Source of the DNA: Muribaculaceae bacterium
GTDB taxonomy: Bacteria; Bacteroidota; Bacteroidia; Bacteroidales; Muribaculaceae
NCBI GenBank assembly: GCA_029062985.1
Contig: JAIDPA010000188.1
Location: 7,684 to 71,683, forward strand
Length of the DNA stretch: 64,000 nucleotides
Direction: 5' to 3'
A program made the position numbers and the translations under genes. The notes under the pieces were generated by a model. The model saw only the letters and a program-made list of their open reading frames with translations, searched no databases and was not told the DNA's origin. This document shows, piece by piece, positions 36,815 through 46,666 of this stretch; position 1 is the first letter of the stretch, and every line of letters starts with the position of its first letter.

Positions 36815-37305
36815 TGGATGAAGCAACAATAAGGCGAATCCAACAGGAAGGCGCAGATGCCCTGCTTGACGCAGGGGTGGATGTACCCATATTGCGTCTG
36901 CGTCTTCCCTTCCGGAAGGAGCCGATAGAGGTAAGGATCACGATGAAGCGACCGTGCCTGTCCGGACAGATTCTTATCGCCCGGACTTATCTGGAGATGG
37001 GGGTCACGAGCGATGAAATGTGGACGTTCACAGAAAAGCAGCAGATGGAGTTCCTTGCCAAACATGGGAAGGCCATTTCCCGAATGATTGCTTACACTAT
37101 CTGCAGGAATCCATTCTCACGGAAATTCCTCCTCAGACCTACCGCTTGGCTCGTCCGTAATGGTATGAGCAATGATCATCTTCTCGGCGTGATGAAACGT
37201 TTTGTCTCGCTGATGAGTACAGACCCTTTTATACCTATTATCAAATCAGCGGAGAGGGCGAACCCGATGAAGCTGAGGAAGAGCCAAGAAAAGAGGGGGA
37301 GTTAA
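36811..37305 (+). CDS. Tail assembly chaperone (G-like)
   Basis: Between tube and TMP; ends AGG GGG AGT TAA. Confidence 0.7.
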   Translation: MMDEATIRRIQQEGADALLDAGVDVPILRLRLPFRKEPIEVRITMKRPCLSGQILIARTYLEMGVTSDEMWTFTEKQQMEFLAKHGKAISRMIAYTICRNPFSRKFLLRPTAWLVRNGMSNDHLLGVMKRFVSLMSTDPFIPIIKSAERANPMKLRKSQEKRGS

Positions 37306-37550
37306 GAACCGAATACGAAGGTTCCCATAGCCTCTTCGGGTTTGTATGGCAGTTAGCCAATGCCACCGGATGGAGTATCGACTATATACTCAACGGTGTG
37401 AATTATCAGACTCTGATCATGATGCTGAGCGATGCTCCACGCTATGTCCGGCGCAAGACAAAAGGAACAGATGGGAAGCCATCCGCTGTCAGCGAAGAGG
37501 ATCAGGCAAACGACATAGTAGGATTTTTCCGAAGTAAACTCTCAAAATGA
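37299..37550 (+). CDS. -1 frameshift extension of the chaperone (T-like; not in the ORF track)
   Basis: Open -1 frame ELRTEYEGSHSLFGFVWQLANATGW...MLSDAPRY...SKLSK*. Confidence 0.7.
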   Translation, partial: ELRTEYEGSHSLFGFVWQLANATGWSIDYILNGVNYQTLIMMLSDAPRYVRRKTKGTDGKPSAVSEEDQANDIVGFFRSKLSK

Positions 37551-37557
37551 CCCGATA

Positions 37558-37863
37558 ATGCAACCGGTAAGAATCGAAATACTTCTAAACGACAGAGCCT
37601 CGCAGGGAGTCACCCGTGCGAGAAACACCGTGTCCGGCCTAAGTGGTGACACCAAGAAGGCCAACAAGGATATGGAGGAACTTAATCGGACAACCCAGTC
37701 GATGGATAAGACCATCCGCAGACTTGCCGGTGCATTCGCAGTGAAGGAACTCATCTCCAAGATAGCCAATGTCAGGGGCGAGGTGCAGCAGCTTGAGGTA
37801 GCGTTCCGGACAATGCTCGGAAGCGCGCCCAAGGCGATAGACTGTTTATTAACAAAAAACTAA
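37558..37863 (+). pseudogene. Tape-measure protein N-terminal fragment
   Basis: LAGAFAVKEL...RGEVQQLEVAFRTMLGS, then abrupt AT-rich sequence and a stop. Confidence 0.75.
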
Positions 37864-37872
37864 CGAAATGAA

Positions 37873-38040
37873 ATGACAATGCATATGACTTTAAATATTA
37901 TCAAAGACGGAGAAGAGATAATCAGCAGAGAAGAGAGTATGGAATATGAAAAGAAAGAACTGGCTTTGCTATTGTGTGTTATTCTTGGGCTTGACGACTC
38001 AGATCTAGATATAAATATAGAAATCCAAACAAAAAAATGA
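37873..38040 (+). CDS. Small hypothetical protein in the TMP insert
   Basis: 55 aa; ATGA overlap with 38037. Confidence 0.5.
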   Translation: MTMHMTLNIIKDGEEIISREESMEYEKKELALLLCVILGLDDSDLDINIEIQTKK

Positions 38041-38366
38041 AGAGAAATGAGAATAGAAAACAGACCTATCTCTACCGAGGGAAGGAATACAGCTTCAGAA
38101 TTGACAGCGCCAGCCTTCGGAAGATGGAAAGGGAGACCGGAAAAAGAGCCTACGAGATCAATATGGGGACGAAAGAAGGGATGTGGACGATACTCTACTA
38201 CTGCACCTGCTGGAAAGAGGATAAAAACTCATTAGAAACTTTCCTCAGGGACTGCAGAATAGGAATGGCAGTTTTCCGACCCGGAAAGCGAGAGTATACA
38301 AGTGTAGGCCTATACCGACTATTCGCAACAAAGATACAGGAGTATGAAAGAGAAGGGAAACTCTAA
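38037..38366 (+). CDS. Hypothetical protein resembling a tail assembly chaperone of another phage type
   Basis: GKEYSFRI..SLRKMERETGK...ILYYC pattern. Confidence 0.5.
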   Translation: MKRNENRKQTYLYRGKEYSFRIDSASLRKMERETGKRAYEINMGTKEGMWTILYYCTCWKEDKNSLETFLRDCRIGMAVFRPGKREYTSVGLYRLFATKIQEYEREGKL

Positions 38367-38732
38367 TTAAATTGGCTCCTCAAGCGGAGGCCTTTGGCGA
38401 TATTTCTTATTCTTGACATATTTCCTGGATTTATTTGTCTTTTTCAAGGCTTTCCTAGAATTCCTATTTGAGACATTTGAATTGGCACCCTTTATCAGCG
38501 CCTTCTCGCAAATCTTGCAAAGCCTACGTGAGGGGTGTAGAGTTGATCGATGAATTATAGCAACGGAGCGAGTGCATTCATTAAGACCATGACAATCGGG
38601 AGAGATATGGTAAGTGCGTGCAGCAGAGCCGGTGCAGATGTAAACTGAATCGGTATGGATCTGGCCTTTTGCAAAAGCGTTTGAGAACGGGAATAAACTA
38701 AATGGTATTAGAAGAACCAGGAAACTGCGCAT
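38367..38732 (-). CDS. Secreted Cys/His metal-binding protein
   Basis: Signal peptide; VYICTG..YH..DC.GL..C...CKIC. Confidence 0.65.
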   Translation of the reverse strand: MRSFLVLLIPFSLFPFSNAFAKGQIHTDSVYICTGSAARTYHISPDCHGLNECTRSVAIIHRSTLHPSRRLCKICEKALIKGANSNVSNRNSRKALKKTNKSRKYVKNKKYRQRPPLEEPI

Positions 38733-38931
38733 TTTGAAATAGTGTTGAATCGGAATGGACCATACTACGAAGAAGTTCACACATATAGAAGTTATCTTCT
38801 TCACAGAAGCAATCTTGGTCTATGTGGGAAATATACCAAAACATTGCATCGATGAAATTCACAAGATCTTCTTTGGAAGATAATGAACTGTCTATAATAA
38901 TATGAATTTGATTATCTATAATTTTAACCAT
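38698..38931 (-). CDS. Small hypothetical protein
   Basis: MVKIIDNQIHIIID..., downstream of a structured leader. Confidence 0.5.
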   Translation of the reverse strand: MVKIIDNQIHIIIDSSLSSKEDLVNFIDAMFWYISHIDQDCFCEEDNFYMCELLRSMVHSDSTLFQNAQFPGSSNTI

Positions 38932-39142
38932 AAAAATGAAAAAGAATGATGTAACACTTCCTGCTGCTGAAATTTCTAAACACGGAAACTTGCCGTCACC
39001 ATTACAATGGCGGCACAGGGACGCTACATCAAACTTTTTCATATTATGAATAAGTCTTATGCGAGCAAATCTTGTGTTTAAAAATTTCAGCGCTACAAAA
39101 ATAGGGAATTATTCATTAATGAACAAATAATAATATAAAAAT

Positions 39143-41944
39143 ATGAAAATAAAAATAGAAGATTTAAACGGAATTGGGCAAGTCGGGGGGAAAGAAGAGT
39201 ATATAAGAGAACTCAATGAAACCATGAGGAAACACATAAATAACGCAACCTTTCAAGGCCTACGAATGATTGAAGTAGCAGAAATAAAAGAAATAATTGA
39301 CGGACTAACAAGAAAAATTGAAGAGGAGAAAAAAGAGGGGAATCAGTATGCGGCAGCCTGGCATATGGCTAAGAAAGCTTTTTATGAATATATGGTAGTA
39401 TACAAAGACAAAACTTCATATAAAAGCCACAGTGAACATGTAGCTGCAACTAAAAAGGCACGAGAAAATTATTACAATAAATATGGAGATTTTGCAAAAT
39501 TGGATGAAGATTCGGGGTATAGAGATGACTATTTGGAAAAGAATTTGAATAAATTTGAAAAAATTCAATTGAAAAACGCTGATATAATTAATCGTATAAT
39601 AGATAAGCTTGAAATCAACACAATAGAAGATGAGGTAATTAAAAGCATATCCAGATCTAATATTGAATATGCAAATACAGAAAAAAAGATAAAAAAAGCT
39701 GAGAACGAACTAAAGAATACTCAGGGTGGATTTCTTACCGAGGAACAGCAACAGGCGATTGATTATGCACGGGAACTGAATGAGGCAAAGAGACAGAAAG
39801 CGATTGCCGAGGCCTATCAGGGGGAGTTTGCATTGATGCAGGAACATCTGCGGCAGTACGGTACATTCCAACAGCAGAAACTCGCCATCGCCGCAGAATA
39901 CGCCGAGAAGATCCGAAAAGCCGGAAGCGAAGCTGAGAGGTTATCCCTCAGTTCAGAACGAGACAGTCTGCTAACGGGGGTGAAGGCGCAGGAGATGAGA
40001 TCGGATATTGATTGGAGTGTTGTGTTCGGGGAATTCGGAGGAATGTTCACCAAAGTCATTGAGCCTGTATTGGCAGATGCCAAGGCTTATGTGCAGACCG
40101 AAGAATTCAAAAACTCTGACCAAGCGAGTCAGAAAGTTCTCATTGATGCGATCCGGGAAATGGAGCGTAATATCGGTGGTGCGGACAACCTCAGCTTCAA
40201 GCGTCTCGGACAGGAAATCAATGTCTATCAAAAGGCTATGGCAGACCTCAAGGATGGTCAGGATGAATACGCTCGATGCTTCGGAGAATTACAGGCTGCT
40301 CAGAGAGCTTACATTATCGCACAAGCGGAGGGGGCTGAGGCTGAACAGGAGGCCGCAGAGAAAGCCTTAGCCACTGCACAGGAAAACGAGACGGCAGCAG
40401 CCAAGAATGTCGAGACCCTTCAGACTACTGCCGAGGCCGCTCAGAGGGCTGTCTCAGACACCGCCACCGGACTGAAGGGGGCGATGGACGGAGTGACGGA
40501 AGGGCTGCGCGTTCTGACGTCGGGGAGCCTTTCGGGGGTGTATGAGGGACTGAAGACGTTGGGGAAGAATGCGGAACGCCTGCCGGGTCAGCTCGGTAAG
40601 TCCTTCGGGAAGGTTGCGGATAAACTTGAGCAATTTCCCATCATCGGTTGGATCGCAAGTATCATCGACATATTCAAGGATGGGGTGAGCGTGGTGATGG
40701 GGGGGGTGCTCGATGCGGTGTTCAACGCTGTCAGCGGCATTCTTGACGATGTTCTGTCGGGAGATCTTTTCGTGACTCTCGGTGAAAGTATTCTGAGTGG
40801 TGTAGGAAAGATTTTTGATGCGATCACTTGGGGAGGTTTCTCTTCATGGTTTGGAAGCGGTGACAGTGATAAGAATCTTGAAAAGGATATAGAGTATCTG
40901 ACAACCTCCAATAAAGACCTGCAAAAAGCCATCGATAACCTTGCAGAGAAATTAGAAGAGGGTTCGGTAGCTGATGCGGAAGAGGTCTATAACCGGCAGA
41001 AGGGATTGCTGGAGCAATCGATGAATAATACTCAGGAGATGATGCAGAGAAGTGCCGGAGCGTACAGCAATGGATTTCTCGGTATCGGTGGCCATCATTC
41101 ATCAAATTATAAAATCAATAAAGGGATGTCGTCTGCTGATTGGGATCGCATCAGTGGCATTACCGGAAAGAATATTCGCAGTGCAGGTGCCTTCTTCGGT
41201 CTTTCAAGCGAGGATATGGCCAAGGTATTCAATGAAGCGAATGACCTTTACTCGAAGATCAAGAGCCTTGCAGATGACGGTTATAAGGACGCTGCGCGAT
41301 ATATGGATGATTATATCGATTATTACCGTCAGATTGAGGAACTGCAGGATGCGCTCCGGGAGAAACTGACCGGAATGTCATTCAACACTCTGCGAGACAA
41401 CTTCAAAAGTCAGTTGCTCGACATGGAGTCGGACGCTGAGTCATTCGGTGAGAATCTCGATGAGATGCTCTTCGGCACCATTGTCGAGAGCCTGATGAGT
41501 GAGAAGTATTCAGACATGCTTAAGGATTGGTATAACAGTCTTGCGGACGCGATGGCTGATGACGGCAAACTCGACGATGCGGAACTTGCGGCTCTAAGGA
41601 GCAGCTACAAGAAGATTGTCGATGGAGCAATTGCGGAACGCGATGCAATTGCCGATGCAATTGGATATGATCCGGAAAAGAGCGGTTCAAGTCAATCGGG
41701 CAAGGCAGGTAGTTACAATGCCATGAGTCAGGATCAAGGGACTAAACTTGAAGGACTCTTTGTCAGCGTTCAGATGCACGTAACATCCATCGATGAGAAG
41801 ATGGAGGATGTTACCGAGCGTTGGGGAAGAGCCTCTGACACACTACAACGAATCGAGGAGAATACCGGGCGCACCGCCGACCTTCTCGATGATGTAAAGG
41901 ACGATATTAGAAAGATAATTCGAGACGGAATAAAGACAAGGTGA
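39143..41944 (+). CDS. Chimeric tape-measure protein: AT-rich foreign N-terminus fused to the TMP C-terminal part
   Basis: Composition shift near 39720; Ala/Gly helical repeats, YLxxYGTFQQQK-like motif, MSQDQGTKLEG, IEENT..TA end. Confidence 0.8.
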   Translation: MKIKIEDLNGIGQVGGKEEYIRELNETMRKHINNATFQGLRMIEVAEIKEIIDGLTRKIEEEKKEGNQYAAAWHMAKKAFYEYMVVYKDKTSYKSHSEHVAATKKARENYYNKYGDFAKLDEDSGYRDDYLEKNLNKFEKIQLKNADIINRIIDKLEINTIEDEVIKSISRSNIEYANTEKKIKKAENELKNTQGGFLTEEQQQAIDYARELNEAKRQKAIAEAYQGEFALMQEHLRQYGTFQQQKLAIAAEYAEKIRKAGSEAERLSLSSERDSLLTGVKAQEMRSDIDWSVVFGEFGGMFTKVIEPVLADAKAYVQTEEFKNSDQASQKVLIDAIREMERNIGGADNLSFKRLGQEINVYQKAMADLKDGQDEYARCFGELQAAQRAYIIAQAEGAEAEQEAAEKALATAQENETAAAKNVETLQTTAEAAQRAVSDTATGLKGAMDGVTEGLRVLTSGSLSGVYEGLKTLGKNAERLPGQLGKSFGKVADKLEQFPIIGWIASIIDIFKDGVSVVMGGVLDAVFNAVSGILDDVLSGDLFVTLGESILSGVGKIFDAITWGGFSSWFGSGDSDKNLEKDIEYLTTSNKDLQKAIDNLAEKLEEGSVADAEEVYNRQKGLLEQSMNNTQEMMQRSAGAYSNGFLGIGGHHSSNYKINKGMSSADWDRISGITGKNIRSAGAFFGLSSEDMAKVFNEANDLYSKIKSLADDGYKDAARYMDDYIDYYRQIEELQDALREKLTGMSFNTLRDNFKSQLLDMESDAESFGENLDEMLFGTIVESLMSEKYSDMLKDWYNSLADAMADDGKLDDAELAALRSSYKKIVDGAIAERDAIADAIGYDPEKSGSSQSGKAGSYNAMSQDQGTKLEGLFVSVQMHVTSIDEKMEDVTERWGRASDTLQRIEENTGRTADLLDDVKDDIRKIIRDGIKTR

Positions 41945-41945
41945 T

Positions 41946-42413
41946 ATGGATAAGGATGTACTGAAAAACCTCGTCATCATAAACGGGGTGGATATATGGA
42001 CAGAATTCGGAGCCTTTCTTACTGAAGAGAAGAAGGGAGGCCGGGAAAATGAGACAGCGATAATGACACCGTCTAAAGTCAAGAGCCATGTCGCTGTCAA
42101 TATCCGGGAAGAGAACGGGAGCAAGTATTCCACGGAACTCGAAGTGAAGAATGAGGAGAGGGATGTCACGCTTCATTTCGCACTCTTTGCCGAGAGCCGG
42201 AGCGGATGGCTGATCAAGTACCGCGAATTCATTTCTTTTCTCAAGCAGGGGGAGAAAGGGTGGCTTGAGATCCGGTTTCCGGAACTGAGTCTGACGATGC
42301 GAGTGTTCTATGTGGAATGCTCAGGATATAAGCCTCTCACCTATATATGGCAGGAGGGTGTGCATGCGAGCCGGTTCAAGGTAAAATTCCGGGAGCCGAA
42401 GCCTTCATTTTAA
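41946..42413 (+). CDS. Distal tail (Dit)-like protein
   Basis: INGVDIWTEFG...ERDVTLHF...KFREPKP; follows TMP. Confidence 0.7.
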   Translation: MDKDVLKNLVIINGVDIWTEFGAFLTEEKKGGRENETAIMTPSKVKSHVAVNIREENGSKYSTELEVKNEERDVTLHFALFAESRSGWLIKYREFISFLKQGEKGWLEIRFPELSLTMRVFYVECSGYKPLTYIWQEGVHASRFKVKFREPKPSF

Positions 42414-42436
42414 TAAAGTTCAAACGCCGTTAGAAT

Positions 42437-45346
42437 ATGCTTATAACGATATACGATTCAACAGGGACGCCTAAGGGGGAACTGTCGCCGAATGACAGTT
42501 CGACACAGGTAAAGGAGATACAGGGGGACAGTATCCTCACGCTCTCCTTCACCCATTATGACCATATATCCCTGGATGTCGATGATTATGTCGATTTCGA
42601 GGGGGAGCGATTCTGGCTGACGGAGAAATACCGTCCGAGACAGAATGCCCGGAAGGAATGGGTCTATGACGTGAAGCTCTACGGAGTGGAGAGTATGCTC
42701 AAGCGACTCCTCGTGATCAAGACTGTGGATGATGAGGATGACCCGGTGTTCACCCTCACCGCTCCTCCGCATGAGCACGTGGCCATGATTGTCAAATGCA
42801 TGAACAATGGCTTGGGAAATATTACGGATTGGAAGGTCGGACAGGTGGAGGGGACCGAGAATATCGTCATCGATTATTTCGGCAAATACTGCGACGAGGC
42901 CCTCAAGGAGATAGCCGAGAAGGTCGGTGCGGAGGCATGGGTGGAGGGAGAGACGGTCAACATCTGCAAGTGTGAGCATGGGGAGCCTCTCCCGATGGGC
43001 TATGATAAAGGACTCCTGTCGATCGATCCCGGAACGGCAGACAACGTGAAGTTCTACACCCGGCTTTATCCCGTCGGGAGCAGCCGGAACATTGACCGGG
43101 AAAAATACGGATATTCCCGGCTGCAGTTGCCCGGCGGACAGAAATATGTGGAGATCAATGCCGACAAATATGGACGTGTGGATCATTACGAGGCGGACGC
43201 ATTCGCAGACATTTATCCCCGGAGGACAGGAACGGTCAGTGAAGTTCGCAGTGAGGTCAAAACCGGAGAAGATGGGAACGAGTTCACCATCTACTATTTC
43301 AAGGATAGCGGTCTGAACTTTGACCCTAACGATTATGAGATCGGTGGGCTTGTCAAGCGAGTGTCATTTCAGGAAGGGAGCGAGCTTGCCGGACTTGGCG
43401 AGGAGGATAACGGCACGTATTATTTCGAGGTAAATTTCAACAGCTCGACAAGAGAGTTTGAAATCATAACGATATGGCCGTATGACAACGACATGCAGCT
43501 TCCGGGGGATAAACTTATTCCCAAGATCGGAGACAAGTATATCCTGTGGAATCTCCGGATGCCGGACGAGTATTATGGATTGGCAGAAGCGGAATTTCTG
43601 GCAGCGGTAGAACAATATAATGCCGACCATAATCTTGACATCTCGGTCTATAAGGCTCCCACGGACCATGTATGGATTGAGGATAACGGGGTCGTGCTGA
43701 CCATCGGCCAGCGGATAAGGCTTGAGAGCGAAGAATATTTCCCGGAGACAGGTTACCGGGAGAGCCGCATCACCAAGATCACCCGGAAGGTCAATCTTCC
43801 ATCATCGATGGATATTGAGATCAGCGATGCGCTCAGCCGGACATCCATGCAGAAGGTGTCGGACTCAATTTCAGAGGTAAGGAGCTATGCAGAGGGTCTT
43901 GCCGGATCCATGGCGCTTCCCGACATCATACGGACCGGGGACAAGACACGTCCGACAGACAACAACATCCTGAGCGCGAGGCGCACTTATACAGATCTGC
44001 TGCATAAAGACCGGGCTGACCGGATGCCTTACCTTCTCTCTTCAGATGAGGGTTTCGAGGTGGGCAGCTATTTCCCTGGCATGTCCGGCGGAATTTTTGG
44101 CATAGACAAGACAACCGGAGGAAGCTATTCTGAAATTGACAAAATGACAATCCGGCACATGCTCACTGTCATGGAACTTGTGATCAACCAGCTCTCGGTG
44201 CATCAGGGGGACACACTATATTCCGAGGGTGATACAATAGATGAGTGCTATCCCGACAGATCAAGCACTGAGACACTGATGGACGGAGCGACCGCCGTAA
44301 GATGGTGGGTGAACATCCGCCCGAGGTATGACGGGTACATCACGGGATTGCAGCCAGGGATGGTGCTCATGGGCACTGTAAACAATCTGTATGAGGCTTC
44401 CACAACCCAGACTCCGGCAAGCTATTACACTGTGTTCATGCGTGTCAACGGAGCGGAGCTTGGAACAAGCGGAAACAGGCTCAACGTAACGCTCTATCCC
44501 GACAATATGGTTCCAGCTGGAAAGAACTTCGCTCCATGCTCCCTCATGGCGCTCGCCCGCTGGGGGCATCAGACAGAGGCAGCGATGCAACGTCTGTTCC
44601 GGCTCAACTCCCACGACGGGAGCTTCGTGCGCTATGAGGGCGTAGACAAGCCCATCATCGACATAGGCAACATAGCATCATTCATCGGGAGGTGTCCGAA
44701 AGGCATATTCTCCCACATACCTGGTGTGAAGGAAGGAGACGAAATAGCCTATTTCAAGATGGTTCTCGGAACATTCATCCAAGTGGATCACCTCGGGAAT
44801 CCGATTCCGGAGATAGTCGATACAGGGGAATATGATCCCGAGAGGGAGTACAGGCACGCCTGTTTTGACTCCGAGCAAAGGCGCTGGGTCACGGAAAAGG
44901 TATGGTACAAAGGATGCTCGTGGCTCTGCATGGTAGACGGGCTTCAAGGCATCACTCCCGGATACGGTGTGATACAATGGGCGTTCAAGGAGGGCAATCC
45001 CACTTTTACAGTGGATTTCGAGGAGAAGCAGGTTTGCTACACTGAGGAGGAGCTGCAAACCTTCGGAGCGACCCTCACGCTCACAGCTACCCTCTACAAC
45101 CAGGACGTGCTCGCCTTCATACAGGCTCACAACGTTACCTGGAGCAGGGTGAGCTATGATAGCAACGGGGCGCTGAGGGCTGCCTCGGATGCCGCGTGGA
45201 TCCCGACAACCGACATGGATAATAAGCGGCTGCTGCTGTCGTACTCTGACTTTGACTATGACGGCACGCCTATTACAAAAATAACATTCACTGCTATAGT
45301 GGCAATCGATGATACCGCGGTTGCTCAGGTGAGCATAGATTTTTAG
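42437..45346 (+). CDS. Tail hub/tip (Tal-like) protein
   Basis: 969 aa; TRLYPVGSSRNI, DIYPRRTG; position after Dit. Confidence 0.75.
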   Translation: MLITIYDSTGTPKGELSPNDSSTQVKEIQGDSILTLSFTHYDHISLDVDDYVDFEGERFWLTEKYRPRQNARKEWVYDVKLYGVESMLKRLLVIKTVDDEDDPVFTLTAPPHEHVAMIVKCMNNGLGNITDWKVGQVEGTENIVIDYFGKYCDEALKEIAEKVGAEAWVEGETVNICKCEHGEPLPMGYDKGLLSIDPGTADNVKFYTRLYPVGSSRNIDREKYGYSRLQLPGGQKYVEINADKYGRVDHYEADAFADIYPRRTGTVSEVRSEVKTGEDGNEFTIYYFKDSGLNFDPNDYEIGGLVKRVSFQEGSELAGLGEEDNGTYYFEVNFNSSTREFEIITIWPYDNDMQLPGDKLIPKIGDKYILWNLRMPDEYYGLAEAEFLAAVEQYNADHNLDISVYKAPTDHVWIEDNGVVLTIGQRIRLESEEYFPETGYRESRITKITRKVNLPSSMDIEISDALSRTSMQKVSDSISEVRSYAEGLAGSMALPDIIRTGDKTRPTDNNILSARRTYTDLLHKDRADRMPYLLSSDEGFEVGSYFPGMSGGIFGIDKTTGGSYSEIDKMTIRHMLTVMELVINQLSVHQGDTLYSEGDTIDECYPDRSSTETLMDGATAVRWWVNIRPRYDGYITGLQPGMVLMGTVNNLYEASTTQTPASYYTVFMRVNGAELGTSGNRLNVTLYPDNMVPAGKNFAPCSLMALARWGHQTEAAMQRLFRLNSHDGSFVRYEGVDKPIIDIGNIASFIGRCPKGIFSHIPGVKEGDEIAYFKMVLGTFIQVDHLGNPIPEIVDTGEYDPEREYRHACFDSEQRRWVTEKVWYKGCSWLCMVDGLQGITPGYGVIQWAFKEGNPTFTVDFEEKQVCYTEEELQTFGATLTLTATLYNQDVLAFIQAHNVTWSRVSYDSNGALRAASDAAWIPTTDMDNKRLLLSYSDFDYDGTPITKITFTAIVAIDDTAVAQVSIDF

Positions 45347-45349
45347 GAT

Positions 45350-46396
45350 ATGGGAGAGATAATAAGACATAAGGCAAATCTTGTCAAGAATGCGCCCAAT
45401 ACCTCGGCAAGCATATCTCCGCTCGGCTCGGATCCTCTGTCGCAGGTCTACGTGGAGGAGACAAAGGAATATGTCCCCGACCATACACTCGTTCCCCTGA
45501 CCCTTGTGCCGGAGGTGCTTGCGGACGGTGTGGATGTCAGCTCCTCTGTAACGTCGCAGTCGTGGTGGAAAGTGAACCTTGACGGCAGCGAGACTCAGAT
45601 AACATCCTCCACGACGGGCTATGAGCTTGTCGCAGGAAGCACACCCCTCAGGCTCAAGCTCAATTTCAACACACCTTCTTCCAATCCTCTGCAGCTGATA
45701 TACCGCTATACTGCCGGAGGATTAAGCGGAACGGCGAGCGTTACCCTGAAAACGACTGTCAATCCGGCTCCGGCTCCGGTGCTGGAGATAGACAGCGACT
45801 CGGCTGTCGCGTGGAACCCGTTCAATCCAGAATCCAACGATACTCTGACAATAACCCCGGCAATAACAGCCAACGGACATACGGGACTTACAGTGAGGTG
45901 GCGCAAGAAGGAGGGGAGCAATCTGAGGGCGATAGACACCACCGATCCCAAGGACATAGAGCTTTCCTTCTCCGGCAACGCGTTAAAGATAAACCGCCGG
46001 TGGATGGGCAATCGCCTGTCTGTAGTCTGCGAGCTGCTGAAAGGCTCGACTGTGATAAGCCAGATACCTGTGACGGTGTCGAGGCGCATCCCTGACTTCA
46101 AGGCCCGGCTGAGGATGTCGTCGATATTCTCAGAGGCAGACTCCAAGGTCTACGGCAAGGCAGAAATAACGACCGGAGGAAATGTCCTTGCCAATCCGAG
46201 TCAGGAGATCAGGATAACGTGGTATGAGAGCAATGCGGCAGTCGGGGAAGGCAACAGCCATGAGTACTCCGTAAAGGGGAAGAGCGAGGTGCCGGCAGGA
46301 ATGAGCGTGGAGGACAGGGGGGCGTGGTGCCTGGCAGTTGACGGTGATGGGAAATATCTCACTGACGCTGATGGAAAATATTTGCTAATCAGATAA
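45350..46396 (+). CDS. Tail/baseplate protein (Ig-like)
   Basis: Beta-rich; YVPDHTLVPLTLVP. Confidence 0.65.
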   Translation: MGEIIRHKANLVKNAPNTSASISPLGSDPLSQVYVEETKEYVPDHTLVPLTLVPEVLADGVDVSSSVTSQSWWKVNLDGSETQITSSTTGYELVAGSTPLRLKLNFNTPSSNPLQLIYRYTAGGLSGTASVTLKTTVNPAPAPVLEIDSDSAVAWNPFNPESNDTLTITPAITANGHTGLTVRWRKKEGSNLRAIDTTDPKDIELSFSGNALKINRRWMGNRLSVVCELLKGSTVISQIPVTVSRRIPDFKARLRMSSIFSEADSKVYGKAEITTGGNVLANPSQEIRITWYESNAAVGEGNSHEYSVKGKSEVPAGMSVEDRGAWCLAVDGDGKYLTDADGKYLLIR

Positions 46397-46408
46397 ACAG
46401 AAAGAATT

Positions 46409-46666
46409 ATGGACTATATCAAAGCACCTGAGAAAGTTGCGCGTCTTTGCGGACAGGCGCAGAACCGAGGTCAGCTTCCTGACGGGAATTATATCCTCTG
46501 GGAGCGTGATCTCCTGAGATTGCAACCCTATGACCTTGATGCTCTCGGCTGTCTGGGCATGACTGCTGCTGAAGTAAGGGAGGAGCAGGCGGGCGGAGAG
46601 CCCAGGGAGCTTCCCGAGCCAACCGACCCGCGCGTCGCTGAGACTGTGGAGGAGTCTGAGGAATGA
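46409..46666 (+). CDS. Small tail-associated protein
   Basis: 85 aa; ATGA overlap with next gene. Confidence 0.65.
   Translation: MDYIKAPEKVARLCGQAQNRGQLPDGNYILWERDLLRLQPYDLDALGCLGMTAAEVREEQAGGEPRELPEPTDPRVAETVEESEE

Noticed and set aside
40699-40706. G8 tract inside the tape-measure ORF as a phase-variation switch
   Set aside because: In frame (ATG GGG GGG GTG) within a Gly-rich segment, with no routing architecture around it.
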